From the NCBI RefSeq assembly GCF_964355755.1, contig NC_092676.1, positions 2,237,788 to 2,301,787 of the forward strand: a stretch of 64,000 bases of DNA, given 5' to 3'. The notes under the pieces are model-generated. The model worked only from the letters and a program-made list of their open reading frames with translations, was not told the DNA's origin and searched no databases. Position numbers and translations under genes: made by a program. This stretch comes from Antedon mediterranea (taxonomy: Eukaryota; Animalia; Echinodermata). Numbering within the stretch: the first letter of the stretch is position 1; each line of letters begins with the position of its first letter. Below are positions 1 to 14,480 of this stretch, in pieces.

Positions 1-672
1 AACCAAACTCCATTTTGTAATTTATTTTTTTTCTACATTAAATGGAACTCAATACATGTTGTTTACACTGCTATAAACAAAAACTGTATACTGTAAGTAT
101 TTTTGGTTAAAATAAGTATACAAGTTTGTACTTTTTCACTATAGAAAATCTGTGAAAAATGGCAAAAACATCAAAATTTGGATAATTGACCGTTGTCATG
201 GCAACGGAGGCTAAAAATTAAAATGAATGTTGTAGATATGATTTTTATTGAAATGTCTATTCATGGTAAAAATTTGAGAGAAATCTATTTTTTTACATCT
301 GCCACCAAATCTTTGATTTTTACAGACAATGGCTCTTAATTTAACATTTAATATATTTAATATTTTAGTGACACTATAGAGCGCTTTATAAACTGGAATA
401 GGGGACGACTCCCTTTGTTGCCCATTTATTTGAAAATATAAACAATTATACAAAATTTAGTACAGACGGGAGTACAGACCATCCACCAGTAATTTTCATC
501 TCCGTTGTGTACTAATTTACATCTTTTTGAAATTTTTATCCGGACGCGGTTTAAGAAGCGCAAACGGGAGAGGAACGCATTGTGAACGAGAGAAAAACGT
601 ACTTTAAAATCCCAAAACGAGGCTGTGTGTGTGCATCCGAGCAAAAAATTATAGATTGTTGAAATTGACAAC

Positions 673-3600
673 ATGGCAGCTTTGCACTGGCTAGAACTTT
701 TGGAAAAAGAGTTTGATAAAGCATTTGTAGATTTAGATATACTTCTTGGAGAAATAGATCCTGATCAATGTGATATAACGTACGATGGCAGACAAAAAAT
801 GACAGCATTGAGTGCAGCATTTGCTCAACTTTGCCATAAATCACAGACGATTTTTCAGAATAATGCAAAATATGAGGTAGGCAGCACTTGTTGTACAGAT
901 AGGATCCGAGAGATTACTCGGGCTCGGCCTGATCTCATATCAGGAGGAAGTGACTCGGTTACTAACCGGTCTGATGATATTGAAGCCTAGCTAGCCTAGT
1001 AGTTAACAAAATTGGTAAAAATATAAAAATAAATACTGTCTGTAATGTAGTCTGTAGGCCTATTTTTTGATAAACATATTTATTCCCTTATTAAAATAAA
1101 AAATTATTAATAATAAAATGCATATCAAAAATATAATAGAAATAGGCATAGAATTTCACCATCCCTCCTCCTAAGGCTAATCCTATTATTAATATGAGTA
1201 GGCTTGGCTATAGTATATCAACTATTTTATATAATAGTAAGTTACTACTTTATTAGAATCAATTGACTGAATTTGATATTAATGACTATTATTTAGTTTA
1301 TTTGCCACTGTGAACATGAAAAATTGCCAGGCAATATTAATTAGGCCTACACTGGTTCGTTTACCTACATGTGTCACATGGAGAAAAAATAATTAAAATA
1401 GACTGATTATTATTGTATAATGTATTTACACAAGCTGTGCATAATTAGTTATTGGTGAGCTTAGAGCGATGCGTACTCTCATTTAATTAGAAAATACCAT
1501 CCTCCTGCATTATAATATTAACATTATTATCCATTTACTGTAATTAAATGATGACTAATTTTTCTATTTAATTATAAATTAAACAACTACAATATATCTT
1601 ATACAATACCTGACATTGATTGAAACACACTATGTATAAAAAATTCTGTAAAAGTATAATTTAAAACTAAATTTACAGTCTTTTAATTTTAAATACTCTT
1701 TAAATATTTTATTACTAATGTCAATTTTTTTTTTGCACCCAGGTTTACTCATTCCTGATTTAATGACTTGCATAATATTAAATCATAATTTTATAACAAT
1801 TGAGTTTAAATAAAATGCTCAATTATTAAATATGCAAATAAAAATGTAATAATTACACAGTTGAATATTAAATATACCGCACAAAAGCTTGCTTATTTCA
1901 CAGTCAAATGTGATATGACAGATGTACAATATTTAAATATTGAATACATTTTTATCTAAATTCTGCATTCTAACTAAAATTACAAAATTAAACACAACAC
2001 ATAAAACAATATTTTAAATAAAGATTTAACTAAATTTTAAACCTACTAAAAAATAGTTAATTTCATCGGCCAGAAAGTGAACCTGGATGACGTATCTGTG
2101 ATAAATCACAATGTGTAATAACAAATAAAGATCTTTTATTTTTGCGTTTTTAGGCCCAAATTATGAATCTAAGAGCAGATCTATGTGAGGTGCAAGCTAC
2201 CAAGGCAGTGCTAGAAAAAGAGCTACACAATCAACTTCTACAACTGCATGCTGTACAGTTACAATTGCACGTCAGCACCGGACAGAACGTTGACTCAGAT
2301 GCTATTAAGGCTAAATTAGTAAGTACACACTTATTTGTACATGATTTATGTTTTCCATTTTAAGCTACATATAAAAAATTAGTATTGAAAAGGTTTGGCA
2401 AAACACTCAAATTGAACAAGCAACGTATAGAAAATTGTTAATAAACAAAAACTTACCTTAATACTTATTATTTAACTAGCTTACTTAATATTGAACTTAC
2501 AGTAAATAGAAATGTTCTATAATAAATGAAATGATCTCTAATTAACAAAATCAGAAATATTAACAATGCAATAAACCTATATAATTTACATATTTCAGGA
2601 AATGTCCTGGTTTTTCCAACCCAGTAATTCATTTATACTGTGTGTCTGATACAAACACATGGACATTGGTCTAGGTAGCAGTATACAAATCTCTTGGACA
2701 TGTGATTCTGACATGTTCAATGTATTCCCTTTGCAGTCGTATGGAATTCAATTACAGTCATTACATACCTTTAATGGACACAGTTAGAGTAATAAGAACC
2801 ATTTAGAGTGCACAATAGATTGGTTTAAGGTAATAACAGCTAGAAGCCTGAAACTGAATAATTGAAACATTAAATTGAATCGCCTTTTGTTTTGTTTTAA
2901 TTTGTAGGAAAAAGAAATGGATAATCACATGGCGGACTCAATTAAAGAAGCTCGTTTAGAGGCAGAGGTAAATGAGTTTATTAAAGAAAACGAAAGGTTA
3001 AAGCATCATGTTCTGGCATTACAAGGTGAAGTGTATGGATCTAGACTTGCTGCAAAGTATCTAGATAAAGAATTAGCTGGCAGGTGAGTTGTCAGACAAA
3101 TTTCTAAATACAGTGTCACATATGAGTTACTTACCTGTATCTAATAACAAAGAAGATTATTGCATGTGTTTCTATATGTGTACAGTATCTAGGCAATTGA
3201 CATTTAGTCAGGCACATTTCTAGTTACAATGTCTCACTTAATGAACTTTTTGTTTCCCTTACCTTAATAAAGAATTTGCGGACAGGTGAAAATAGAAAAA
3301 CAAATATATTATATAAACCTACAGTATGTCGATTCTCTCACAGTATCTAGGTACAGTATTAATGACATGTTTAGTCAGACAAATTCCTAGATACCATGTC
3401 ACATGTGACCATTTTCCCTAAGCTTAGAATAACTCTTACGATACAGTTGAGTGTGTGTAACATGTGAAAAACAAAAACAAATTTGTCTAAAAGATACTTA
3501 ATAAATTAAAATATAGTAAGCATTACTTCTTAAATTTGATTGTTGACATGTCATTTACCTCTAGAATCCAACAAATTCAGCTGTTAGGACGAGACTTACG

Positions 3601-6600
3601 TGGTCCAGAACACGATAAATTGTGGAACCAATTAGAGGCTGAGATACATCTTCATCGTCATAAAACGGTCATCAGAGCGTGTAGAGGAAGAGGAGGAATC
3701 AAGAAAAAACTACCTCAACCAGTGGGACATGTAAGTATTTAAAGTAGAGAGATATCAATAAGGCCATGATGGTTGTATGTCGTGTAGCTTGGTCTTATGG
3801 GATGAATAGTTTCATACATTCATTGTGTGTCTCATTCTTAGACAGGCTTAGAACTGTCAACCAGTTAATAACAAGATAATTTCTAACCATTAGAATTCAG
3901 TCAGTTTGTTTCTGCTGTAGTTTTGATTTTGAGAATGTGAGTTGTTTGTACCTTTAACTACATTTTTACTTTTTTATTTTAGGAAAAAGCAGTTCAAAGT
4001 CGTGGAGTTGGTGACGTTAGGAAAGTTCTGCTAATTAAAGAACCAAACGAAGGTTTAGGAATGTCAATCACTGTGAGTTGATACAATAATTATTATTACA
4101 TAATGATAATATTAACTGTCTATTATTTGCCTAGCTTACCTGGATAAACCAAGATTGGCTGTTCCCCATTAGGAAAGAGGAAATAACTCAAAAAACAAAT
4201 AACAGTAAATTAAGGAGTACAATGAGAAATATAATAAAAATGTTGCTGATATTACAATTGACAAAAGCATGATGAAAGGTCGTTCCTAATGCTAGATTGG
4301 ACATGACATGACCCGTATGTAATTTCAACACATAACATTGATTGACACATTTATATTGAATCTATTAACATTTATTGATGTCAACTGTTATTTATCAGGG
4401 TGGTAGAGAACATGGTGTCCCAATACTGATTTCAGAGATTCACGAAGGAATGCCAGCTGAGCGATGTCAGGGACTATTTGTTGGTGATGCGATAATATCA
4501 GTCAATGGTTTTGATCTCCGCACATCGAAACATGCGCAGGCTGTTGATATACTCTCACAACAGGTAAATATCATAATACTTTCACAACAGGTAAATATAT
4601 CATGATATACTCTCACAACAGGTATTTATGTCATGATATACTCTCACAACAGGTAAATATGTCATGATATAATCTCACAACAGGTAAATATGTCATGATA
4701 TTATCTCACAACAGGTAAATATCATAATACTCTCACAACAGGTAAATATATCATGATATAATCTCACAACAGGTATTTATGTCATGATATACTCTCACAA
4801 CAGGTAAATATGTCATGATATAATCTCACAACAGGTAAATATGTCATGATATAATCTCACAACAGGTAAATGATGATATATGATTAATATTAATTTTTTT
4901 TTTAATATTTCATTTTTACTATTCATAATATAATTATTATAATAATATAAACAATATATTAATTTCATTAAATCTACTAAAAACTGTTATTACAATATTT
5001 TTTCCCTCTAAATAATGAAGATATTGGTTGTCATGTCAAACATAAATACTAAGTTATCAAAGTGCTTTCTGTATAATATATACATTTAATAATCCAGGAT
5101 ATGTTTAGTTTTCAAATTTATTCATAATCCGTGGAATATATTACGGATGTGTAAAGCTTGATAGATGGAAGATGGCAACAGTGTTGCTAACATGTTATTC
5201 ACTCAGCATTCTTTAGTTGGGTGCCTGGTGGATAGATACATATTTTCATTTTGTTTTATAATTATTGTTTATGAATAAAATGTTATTTTAGAGTAATTTC
5301 TGTGCCAGGCATGTCTATATCACTATTATAGCTCAGAAATAGCTGTTAGCCTGTTTTGATTATAGAGCCTGTCTAGGGCATACACATGTGCTTGCCACCC
5401 CCATATCTTTCATTAGAAACCCCCTCCCCCTTCCTCATTTTAATTAAACAAGCCTTCACACATATCAACATTATAATACTATTTAACACAGAATAAAGGT
5501 TTAATATATTGTAGGCATTTTTATTAATATATTTTTTAATTAATTTTGTTCATTTTATTTTTCAGCAAGGAGAAATCAGAATGGATGTACAATTTGTTGC
5601 GCCTGACTCGGACACGGATGACGACGATGATGATGGGTGTGAGGATAATATCCGGTGAGTAATCTAAATTTGTTAAAAACAACCTTTTAATGTACAGAAA
5701 ATTGATTAGGTATTTATAACATTTGAAACATTTAAGAGAGCACTGACAAACAACTTAGAAATCAAATGTACTGACGTATGCTGTAATAAGCACTTCTATA
5801 TATAGGTATCTTGTGATGTTGCCTTTATTAATCAAATAGTTAGATAAAATGTTTAAAATGTACCTTGATTTACTAGAGCTTGTATCAGGGATGCCAATAG
5901 TTATATTTTAAAAGGGTTTATTTTTAATAATGGTTGAACATGTTTTGGTCGTTGGTGTTACCATTTTGTGGTTGTTTGTGCCAAATTCTACTATACACAT
6001 CACACAGGGGTCACAAGAATTACATTTCATAATTATAGGATTTTACTCTTTCTTTTCCTAGAAATTTAATTTGAAATGTTGCCTTTTTTTGTGATAAATA
6101 TGTTTACACTTTTTATCGTTATTATTTGATGTTACTTCTTCTAAATCTAAGTTGACTATACATCTGTAATATCGTTGTATTTTTATGAAGATGAATAATA
6201 GGTTTTTGTATCCTTGATGTTGTCTAATCCATTACTACCCTTTTGTATTGGTGTTGTCTAGCAGGACCCATTATTGCTCTTCTTCACTGGTGTTGTCCAG
6301 AACCATTAAATACATTTTAAATTAATGATTTTTGTTAAAATTTATTTTATGAGCAAATTTACTAAAAAATAAACAAAAACCAATGAATCTATGTCTATAA
6401 TAAGACTTTTAAGAGATTATAAATAAAATGGGTTTTTTTTATTTGTATTTTGTATTCAGTAACGCTAGTTGCCCTGTAGGTAGATCGACATTTAAAATTA
6501 GAAATAAATTGAAAACATATCAGGAATACTTGCAGGCTACTTCTAATAATATAGTACAATTTACTGCAATAAAATGCAACTTAAGTACACGTATCCATTA

Positions 6601-9600
6601 CAATTGAATGCTCATTGTGTTGTAAATAACGATCTATGGAAACAAATTACTTGAAATTTGTGGATTATTAAGAATAAAATGAGTTTCGTGCTATACAATT
6701 TAAGAATAAATACTACTTAATGAATCTCATGATAAAATAGTACTTTGTAGTGTACAATTTACTATTAGTAAATTAGAAGTAAATTATTTTTTATTTTGCT
6801 TCCTTTGTGCAAGTTAATATGCCAGAAAGGATCAGTAATTGATGGAATTGCTCTTAATTTGAAGTAGAGTATAAGTCGCATAAATACTGCAGTTGGATCA
6901 ATGCAGAATTCCAGCATTTTATTTGACCTATGACATTTAATTTGTAGCAATTTGTTCCATAAAAACGTTACATATTTTGAATCTTTTATTATTTTAACTT
7001 TGAATTTGACCTGTGACATTAGTTTACAATAGAATCTATCAAGTGGTGACACTTTCCATTAAACTAGCTTTTTAAACACTACAGTCAACCCCTATTTTGG
7101 GGACACCGTATTTAAGGTGACACCGTATTTAAGGTGACACCGTATTTAAGGTGACACCGTATTTAAGGTGACACCGTATTTAAGGTCACACCGTATTTAA
7201 GGTGACACCGTATTTAAGGTCACACCGTATTTAAGGTGACACTTTGATGTCCCCTTTATAGAGGTTCTTAAGCTCTGTCTACACTATCAAACTAGTTTGA
7301 CAAGAAAATGTGATGTGCCCAAATATGGTAGTGATATACCCAAATATGGCAGTGATAGGACATCATCATGTCCACACATGGGCGTCACATTTAGGATGTA
7401 GCAATGAGTTCCATGCATATAACAATGTCAAAGGTTAATATTGATTTATCCCTATTCATTGCTGCGTTGGTCTAGGATGAAACTTGTGTCTGATCGATTG
7501 GTAAGTTAATGATGAAGATATGTAAGTGTCTTTAATACTGACATTTGTTTACAATTATGTAAATCTTGGGTAGAATTGCGCATTATCAATTGTTATTAAT
7601 TTTTTTTGGTTAATTTATACGTAATTTTACTTTCTATAGACCAGAGATTCCAAAATAAAAGATTGAATGAATGAATTATTATTTCTAAATCTCAAAGCAA
7701 AGATTTTTATTATGAACGATAACAAAATAATTTTTCTTATCTGTAGTTTTATTATTCATTGTATTGAAAATCTATTGTATAATTTAGAATACCTTGATCT
7801 AAAAGGTTGTCACATTGGTGGGCACATGATAAATTTAAAGTGTTGAAAATTATTATGCAAACTTGTGCGTACGACATACAAAACTCGCAGTTTGCACCAG
7901 CTCAACTATGTAAATTAAAACATATTATATATATATAATGTTAATTTTTGTTTTAGTAATATAATATTATAACCAATGCTTGTTTTTAAACATATTTATA
8001 TCATCATGTATGTCGTAACCTGCATCATAATACAATATTAACTTTTGATATTGTATCGTTAATCTGTGTTCTGTCTACATATCTATATATAAATTTACGT
8101 AAGGGCAAAATTCGGTAAATCGCGCCTTCTAGAATTTTTACTCGATGGTATATAAAGTTGGTTCGTACTTTCGGTACTGATTTTAACCACCTGATGTAAC
8201 CCTGTTTCCTAATTAAATTAAGTTAGATAATTAGTTATTGACGATTAAAACGAATTTAGGTTCAACGATTTGCCCCAAATAGGGGTGTTTTTCGATCGTG
8301 GTATACACTGTCTAATGGATGTCCATCTTGAAAAATACCCACCACAAAAATGCGAGGAGGCTTCGCAATTTTCTATCTCCTCCTACGATAATTGTTTTTA
8401 ATAGCTGAAAACCGGTTGAACAGCTAGAGTACAGCATCATAATGTTGAAGACAGGCCGATTTTCTTTACAAAATACTATTTTGATAGATTTAATATACGT
8501 TTATAGAAATGTATTGATTTGCAATGAATGAAACATTCCAAATTATTGCATACCTCCATGGTTTAACACAAGTAGGTAAATTTATAGACCCTTGGAGAAT
8601 AAACAGAAATAGTATTGTAATGCTATACAATACTGCAAATAGGTATTAACCACTTTTGATCACCATTTGAATCAAAAGTGTGTTGGTACTGTTAGATATA
8701 ATATAAACAAATATACTAATAAACTTTATCACTGTGAGTGTGGGTAGTCCCTACTTTTAGATTATAAACACATAATAATATAATACTTTATTACCGTCAG
8801 TTGTTTCTCAACGTTTGTATTAATTAATAATTACAAAAATATAAACGTATTAGTGGTCTTTAAATGTACTTTACTATGTCAATCGACCATGAGACAGTGA
8901 CAGTTTCAATAAAGTATTAAATCGGAAATGTTTTACTCTATTTAGTGGTATATTATTTATAGGCCTATACAAAAAATACTTCGTTAATGATTGGATAATA
9001 AAGAAATATAAAAAATAATTTAACAAAATTGGGTTTGTTTAAATGAGTCCAAATAACAAATTTCGACTCATTTTGTGACAAGTTTCTAGGTGTTAATTTT
9101 GGTTGACTACATAAATCATTGTGTCTACTTATTTGTTTCTGTAAACGACAATGTTTTATAGTCCTGCCGTACGTACATTTGAAATCGCCAGCTTTTTACG
9201 CTGAAATTACTATGTATTCGAGAACCATCTGTGGGCACGAACTAGATGGTACGCGAGCGAAGCGAGCGTACCATCTAGTATTATTAATTCTAACAGCGTT
9301 GGAAATATTCTAATTATAACTGTTCAGTTCTTTTGATTTATTGTTTTGGTTCGTGAGTTTTATTTTGCGAGAGAAAAAAAATGGGTAAATGTAAACCAAG
9401 AAATATAAGTATCTTGTAGATGAAAATACATTGAAATTATTCCAGATTTATTAATTATTAAACAGCATATTTGAGATCATTTTTAAAAAAAAGGGTTTAT
9501 TTTCAGGGGCAAGGCTTATAAAGTTTAGTTATTCACTAACGTTAATGTTTGCTTGGTAATCTCTTTCTAAGGACTGTTTTATTTGATTTTTTAAATCTAG

Positions 9601-11908
9601 TTGAGTATTAATTTTAAGGAGAATATGGTTCAACCGTTGCAGTTTGACCATCTAAACGTAAGGTTAGGGTTCAAATCCTCGCTGGTCTTTTTTTAGATGT
9701 TGCAAAACACTTAAACAACCTTTTGTTTGTGATGATTCTACTGTAGTTACTGCAGCATTAACTATTTTACTGCAGAAATGACTAGCATTACTCCTGTATA
9801 AAATCAACTCCAAATAAAGGCCCTTAAGCGTGGTTCCCACTAGAACGCAATGCAGTGACGTATCAACACAAAGTGCATTTTTGCGTAATCAAAAGTACAA
9901 ACCGACGATGCAATAGTGCTGAAAATATCGTAGGTTTGATTTCATGCAGGCGGTGGAAAACACAATGATTGGAAGGGCATTTTCTTACGTTGCGTAGATT
10001 GCGTTACGTTGCGTAGATTGCGTTACGTTGCGTAGATTGCGTTAGCGAACTAAGCTTATATAAAACAATCACAGTAGAACCTTTAGGACATCTATAAATA
10101 TTTTTTAACTGTAATACATTCTCTGCAGTAACGTCAGTAGAATTATTTAAACATTTTACCTAAATGCAGTCAAACAAATGTAATAAATTTGCATATTTAA
10201 CTTGATGTTTCCCTAATTCTTATCCCTATTCAAGTGTGATATTATCAGTTAAGTGGTGAGTGATGTCAGCGCAGCATATTTCGTTCACATGAGACAATTT
10301 AGCAAACAAACGCAAGAGAATTCTGTTTAGCTTTGTTCACACAGAAACTTGAGCTGATGCACCTGGCAATGCATATAATTTAGTCTACTCATGGAGGTAT
10401 AACATTGTTTTATATCTCTATGGTCTACTACTACTAATACAGTACTACAATTATCTAGTACAGTAGTTTGTGATTAACACCCAATCTGAACACAGCTCTA
10501 ACAACTTAGAGATGAGTTGAAAAACACTTCTAAATTCACAAAACTCGACATATTCTCCACCCGTTTCATTCATATTAAAATGAGGTGGACACATTTTTAG
10601 GTTTTCCTATGTTAATTGGCTGATTTGTAATTCTCTTGCATTTTCTTTGCGCCGTTTACATTTCTCTTACGTACTTGGATTTGTTAAGTTGCCCAATTTG
10701 AGTTTTCTCATTGTTCTTGTCTTTCATTTTTAAGTACCATCAAGTTGCCATGTTGCTTATCATTTCAGCAAAGACCTATCACTTGCTTAGGAATATTATT
10801 TTATTTGATACTTTTATTATTTGTCAAACACACGAATCAGGTTTATGGTGATATTTTTTATTTAGCATGATGGTTTATTTTTGTTCTCATTCTGAGAATT
10901 TCTTTTTTTTTTTCCATGTCACTAGGTGACTAATTATTTATAATGATAGCTTATTAATTAGTAATATGGTCAAAACAAATTAATGCTTTGTGGACGCGGT
11001 GGAAGTTTTTTATAATTAGCGGGAGATGATACACACTATTTGGAGACTTTGGTCATTATCGGGAGAGTTGGGAGGTCTGAATACCAAACTTAAGGTGACC
11101 AATGTGATCAACAATATTTACTAGATAACACCTTAGTAATAATAATATATACAATATGAGTTAAACGCAGCATTAAGAAATGAAACTCCTAAAACACAAA
11201 TTATAATCTACAAATAATCTTGAAACCAAAATAGTTAAACATTTTTAGGGGAATGCTTTGTAACCTTACATTGTAAGCCACAGATGCACGATGCATGTGT
11301 ACAGTATATGCATGTTTGCTGTATAAAGGAATTAATTAATGTGATATAATGTGTTTGTGATGTAATAAGCATGAGAGGTCAGGTACATTTCAATCAATTT
11401 TTATTACATAATTATTTTTTTTTAAATTTCAGCACAGTTGCTTTCAAATTAATTACTGTTTATGCTACCTTATCACATGTGATTTTCAACACAATTGTTC
11501 TCTATCATTTGTTAAGTGTACATTCATTATGTCTGCTATATTAATGTATTCGCTATAATTTTGTTTGACCCCACTTGACCCCTGCTTGTTTATTTCAGAT
11601 CTCATGTATTTGATGAGAACGCTAGCGAGTACGTGGAGCCTTGTCAGTACAACGGAAACGGCACACAGACGCCACCACTCCTAGAGAACAAGGCCGTTAT
11701 TAACCAAGATACCGACTGTCAACCAATGAACACAGAACAAGCACAAAGTCCGCAAAGCAAACCAAGTCCATCCGATTCGCCAAAGAATACACAAATTTCT
11801 GATAGTAAAGCTGATTCTAGACAGATAGTGGTAGGACATGTTGAAATGGAAGCAGTACAGAAGTCGCCAGGAGCAACCGGTGATGGCGCCCTCTTTACAG
11901 CTCATTGA
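673..11908 (+). CDS. GOPC: Golgi-associated PDZ and coiled-coil motif protein (PIST/CAL); exons 673-876, 2154-2318, 2908-3083, 3565-3730, 3983-4072, 4399-4563, 5566-5654, 11599-11908
   Basis: GT-AG exons join in frame. Peptides [63 protein letters not shown] and the PDZ segment [23 protein letters not shown] closely match vertebrate GOPC. Confidence 0.95.
4546..4871 (+). repeat. ~27-31 bp minisatellite made of the GOPC exon-6 3' end plus its splice donor (11 copies of CACAACAG|GTA)
   Basis: Repeated gatatactctcacaacaggtaaatatgtcat; the first copy is the real exon/intron boundary at 4563/4564. Confidence 0.9.
7103..7241. repeat. 17-bp minisatellite (caccgtatttaaggtga) x ~8
   Basis: Direct tandem repeats visible. 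Preceded by tacagtcaacccct...ggacacc, which suggests it sits in a small DNA-transposon remnant. Confidence 0.85.
8082..9278 (+). mobile_element. Probable non-autonomous Helitron in GOPC intron 7
   Basis: Begins a|TCTATATATAAA and ends in a GC-rich hairpin (ggtacgcgagcgaagcgagcgtacc) followed by CTAG|t, i.e. an A/T insertion site with no TSD. Pairing of the two ends is inferred. Confidence 0.5.
9827..10056. mobile_element. MITE family A (AGCnTGGTTCCCAC termini), degenerate copy
   Basis: Left end tta|agcgtggttcccactagaacgc is shared with the copies at 15624, 19107 and 33383. Confidence 0.6.
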
Positions 11909-14269
11909 GGTCAATATCCTATAAATTATGTAAAGCATTTATTTCCATTTTAAGAAATTTATCTAAAAATAAAATAATCGAAAATCAAACTTAGCTATTG
12001 ATTTTATTAATGTAAGTTATACTCAAAGGGAAGTATTATTAGTTACATTAATTATATTACTAACTAGGAATTTGAAGCAATATAGGTTGTACCTTACCTC
12101 TGGGAGACATTTAATATATAGAATCCATTGAGTATATTAAAAATTTATGTTGAAGTTGCCTGAATTAAAGGTGCTCCAAACAGCTCCATCCATGATAAAC
12201 TGTACTGTGTTAGTTCCCATTGTATAATGAAATACTATACTGTTGTACTGTGTTGGACCATGGAGAATTACTCCATAGTTGGACCAACAATCTAGATTAT
12301 TAGTTTACACTGAATAACAGGCAACTCTCCCGAATTAGGCCTTCCTGGAAGCTTGCCCAATACCAGACGTTACCAAATGCTCCCCTGTTATTTAAAATAT
12401 TTTTAGGTCTAGTTATTTGGTATTGAGAGAGTTGACTAAAATTATGATTAGAGATTAAATCAACGGATGTACTGTAGTTTCTGTGTGGTGTTGATTGACA
12501 TCCAGGTATTAAGACTTAAAGGGGCCTATGCTTACATTATCTTAATGTTTATATGGACTTAATAATTTATTGTTTAACATTTGAGTTGGTTGTGGTTGTA
12601 TGTAGAAAAAGACCTAGATACAATATCTGTATTGTTTGTCTTTCAACGGACGTTGGACTGTCGATATATTATGTATAACACTAACACAGATTACCATTAC
12701 TCTAATAATATGTGATTATAAAATGAATACTGTGTCCAAGTATGAAATAACAGAATCGATATTACAGAAAAAAACAGTAACAACTAAATTATAAAGATAA
12801 AGATGCGTTTATTCCTAAATTTCATATATTAAGCTGTTTGATGTTACCCATATTTTGTTGTAGAATAGAATGGGTCTAATATTTCTATTGTAAATAAAGT
12901 TATTTAAAATAATTACTCATTTGTATAGATGGATTATGAGTTAATAGAGAGAAGGCGGTTAATAAATAAATAGTGGAGGTGGGTGGGTAATACTGCTTTT
13001 TAGAAGAAGGTAAGAGCAAGGAGCCGCTTGAAATTGGTGTAGATGGGGAACCCTGAAAATGGAATCTTTACTAGTGGTTGTATGTTTGTTTGTTACTATT
13101 TTGCTCCTCCATAGACATGGAATATCAAAATTATTGTACTGGTCGTGGGAAGGTTTTAAACTACATTTAAAAACTGCCCTCAGATGGGTATTTCTACTAG
13201 TAGAGAGTAAGTCCGATACTAAGTGCCATAATCTGTAAATTTGCTCACCACAACTCTCTTTTTAAACAGAGAATAAATTTGGTGTGGTCTTCCCTGCAAC
13301 GGCTGTTCATTTTTTTACAGCCAACACTTGAATTTTGCAGTACATTTTCTGTATATATACATTTATGTGCATTTGTGATAAATTGTGTAAATTTACTCTA
13401 TGTTCATTTGTATTGTGAGCGATGGCCAAAGTTTTACATTATCAAATCACTTTCGTTTTCTTGTAATATCTTCCAACGTTTTGCATCTTTCTTTTAAGAA
13501 TTTTTAACTTTTGAATTACATAATTAACAGAAATTTATAATTTTTTAAATTTACAATATTTAATGTTTTTCTAATGTTGGAAGGGTGTAGGGAATTAATT
13601 AGCATTTATTTAATGAAAACATTTATTAAATAAATAATTGTTAAATGTGGAAAATGTTAAGCTATCCAATCATACTGTGAAAACCCCAGTGGTCCAATGG
13701 TTATGCATTTGCATCATTCAGGTGATTTCGAGTTCGATTCTTGATTGTTGTTACTTTTTTACTTGGATTTTCTCAGCTTTTCTTTATCACATAAAATTTA
13801 TAAGAATTTCAAATATAAAAATGTAACAGCGAGATATATCAACACCTTGGTAATATATAGTATACTGATTGCCAAATATTTAATGTATTTTGTAGTTTCC
13901 TTTTCTAAAGTTCCCGTAGAATTTCCTAGATAGATGAATCTATAGATTTTAACATCAATATTATAACAGTCACTGGTAGTAAAGATATAGCATTTGGAAT
14001 ATCTGTAAAATGTACTTAGTTGTAGTAGTGTCATTTGTGGCCCAGAGGTTCACTGGAATATCATTTGCTATGAACTTATGGGCCACCATACATGTGTTTA
14101 ATTCAGAAAATAACACCTAATTAATTCTGTAATTAAAAATGTGAATGATTTAATATCGCTATTTGATTATCATTAATTAATAATTAATATCAATTTATTG
14201 ATCAGAATAGGTCAATCGATACATATTGATTGATTATTTAATTGATAATATATTGAATTGATTACATTA

Positions 14270-14480
14270 TTCATTATTGATTACATTATTGATTATTGAT
14301 CACATTATTGACTATTGATCACATTATTGATTATTGATCACATACTGATTATTGATTACATTATTAATTATTGATCACATTATTGATTATTGATCATATT
14401 ATTGATTATTGATCACATTATTGATTATTTATCACATTGATTATTGATCACATTATTGGTTATTGATCACATTATTGATT
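14270..14480. repeat. ~19-bp AT-rich minisatellite (ttgattattgatcacatta)
   Basis: About 10 tandem copies visible. Confidence 0.85.

Noticed and set aside
191-206. RFX X-box-like palindrome gttgtcatggcaac upstream of GOPC
   Set aside because: A single short motif in sequence that looks like a repeat fragment; it cannot be supported as regulatory from sequence alone.
2599-2623. Candidate equivalent of the vertebrate neuronal 8-aa GOPC microexon
   Set aside because: The AG..GT-bounded segment is 25 nt, breaks the frame and shows no peptide similarity.
13685-13760. tRNA-like A/B boxes (also near 9625-9690)
   Set aside because: No consistent cloverleaf or acceptor stem; at most decayed tRNA-derived repeats.
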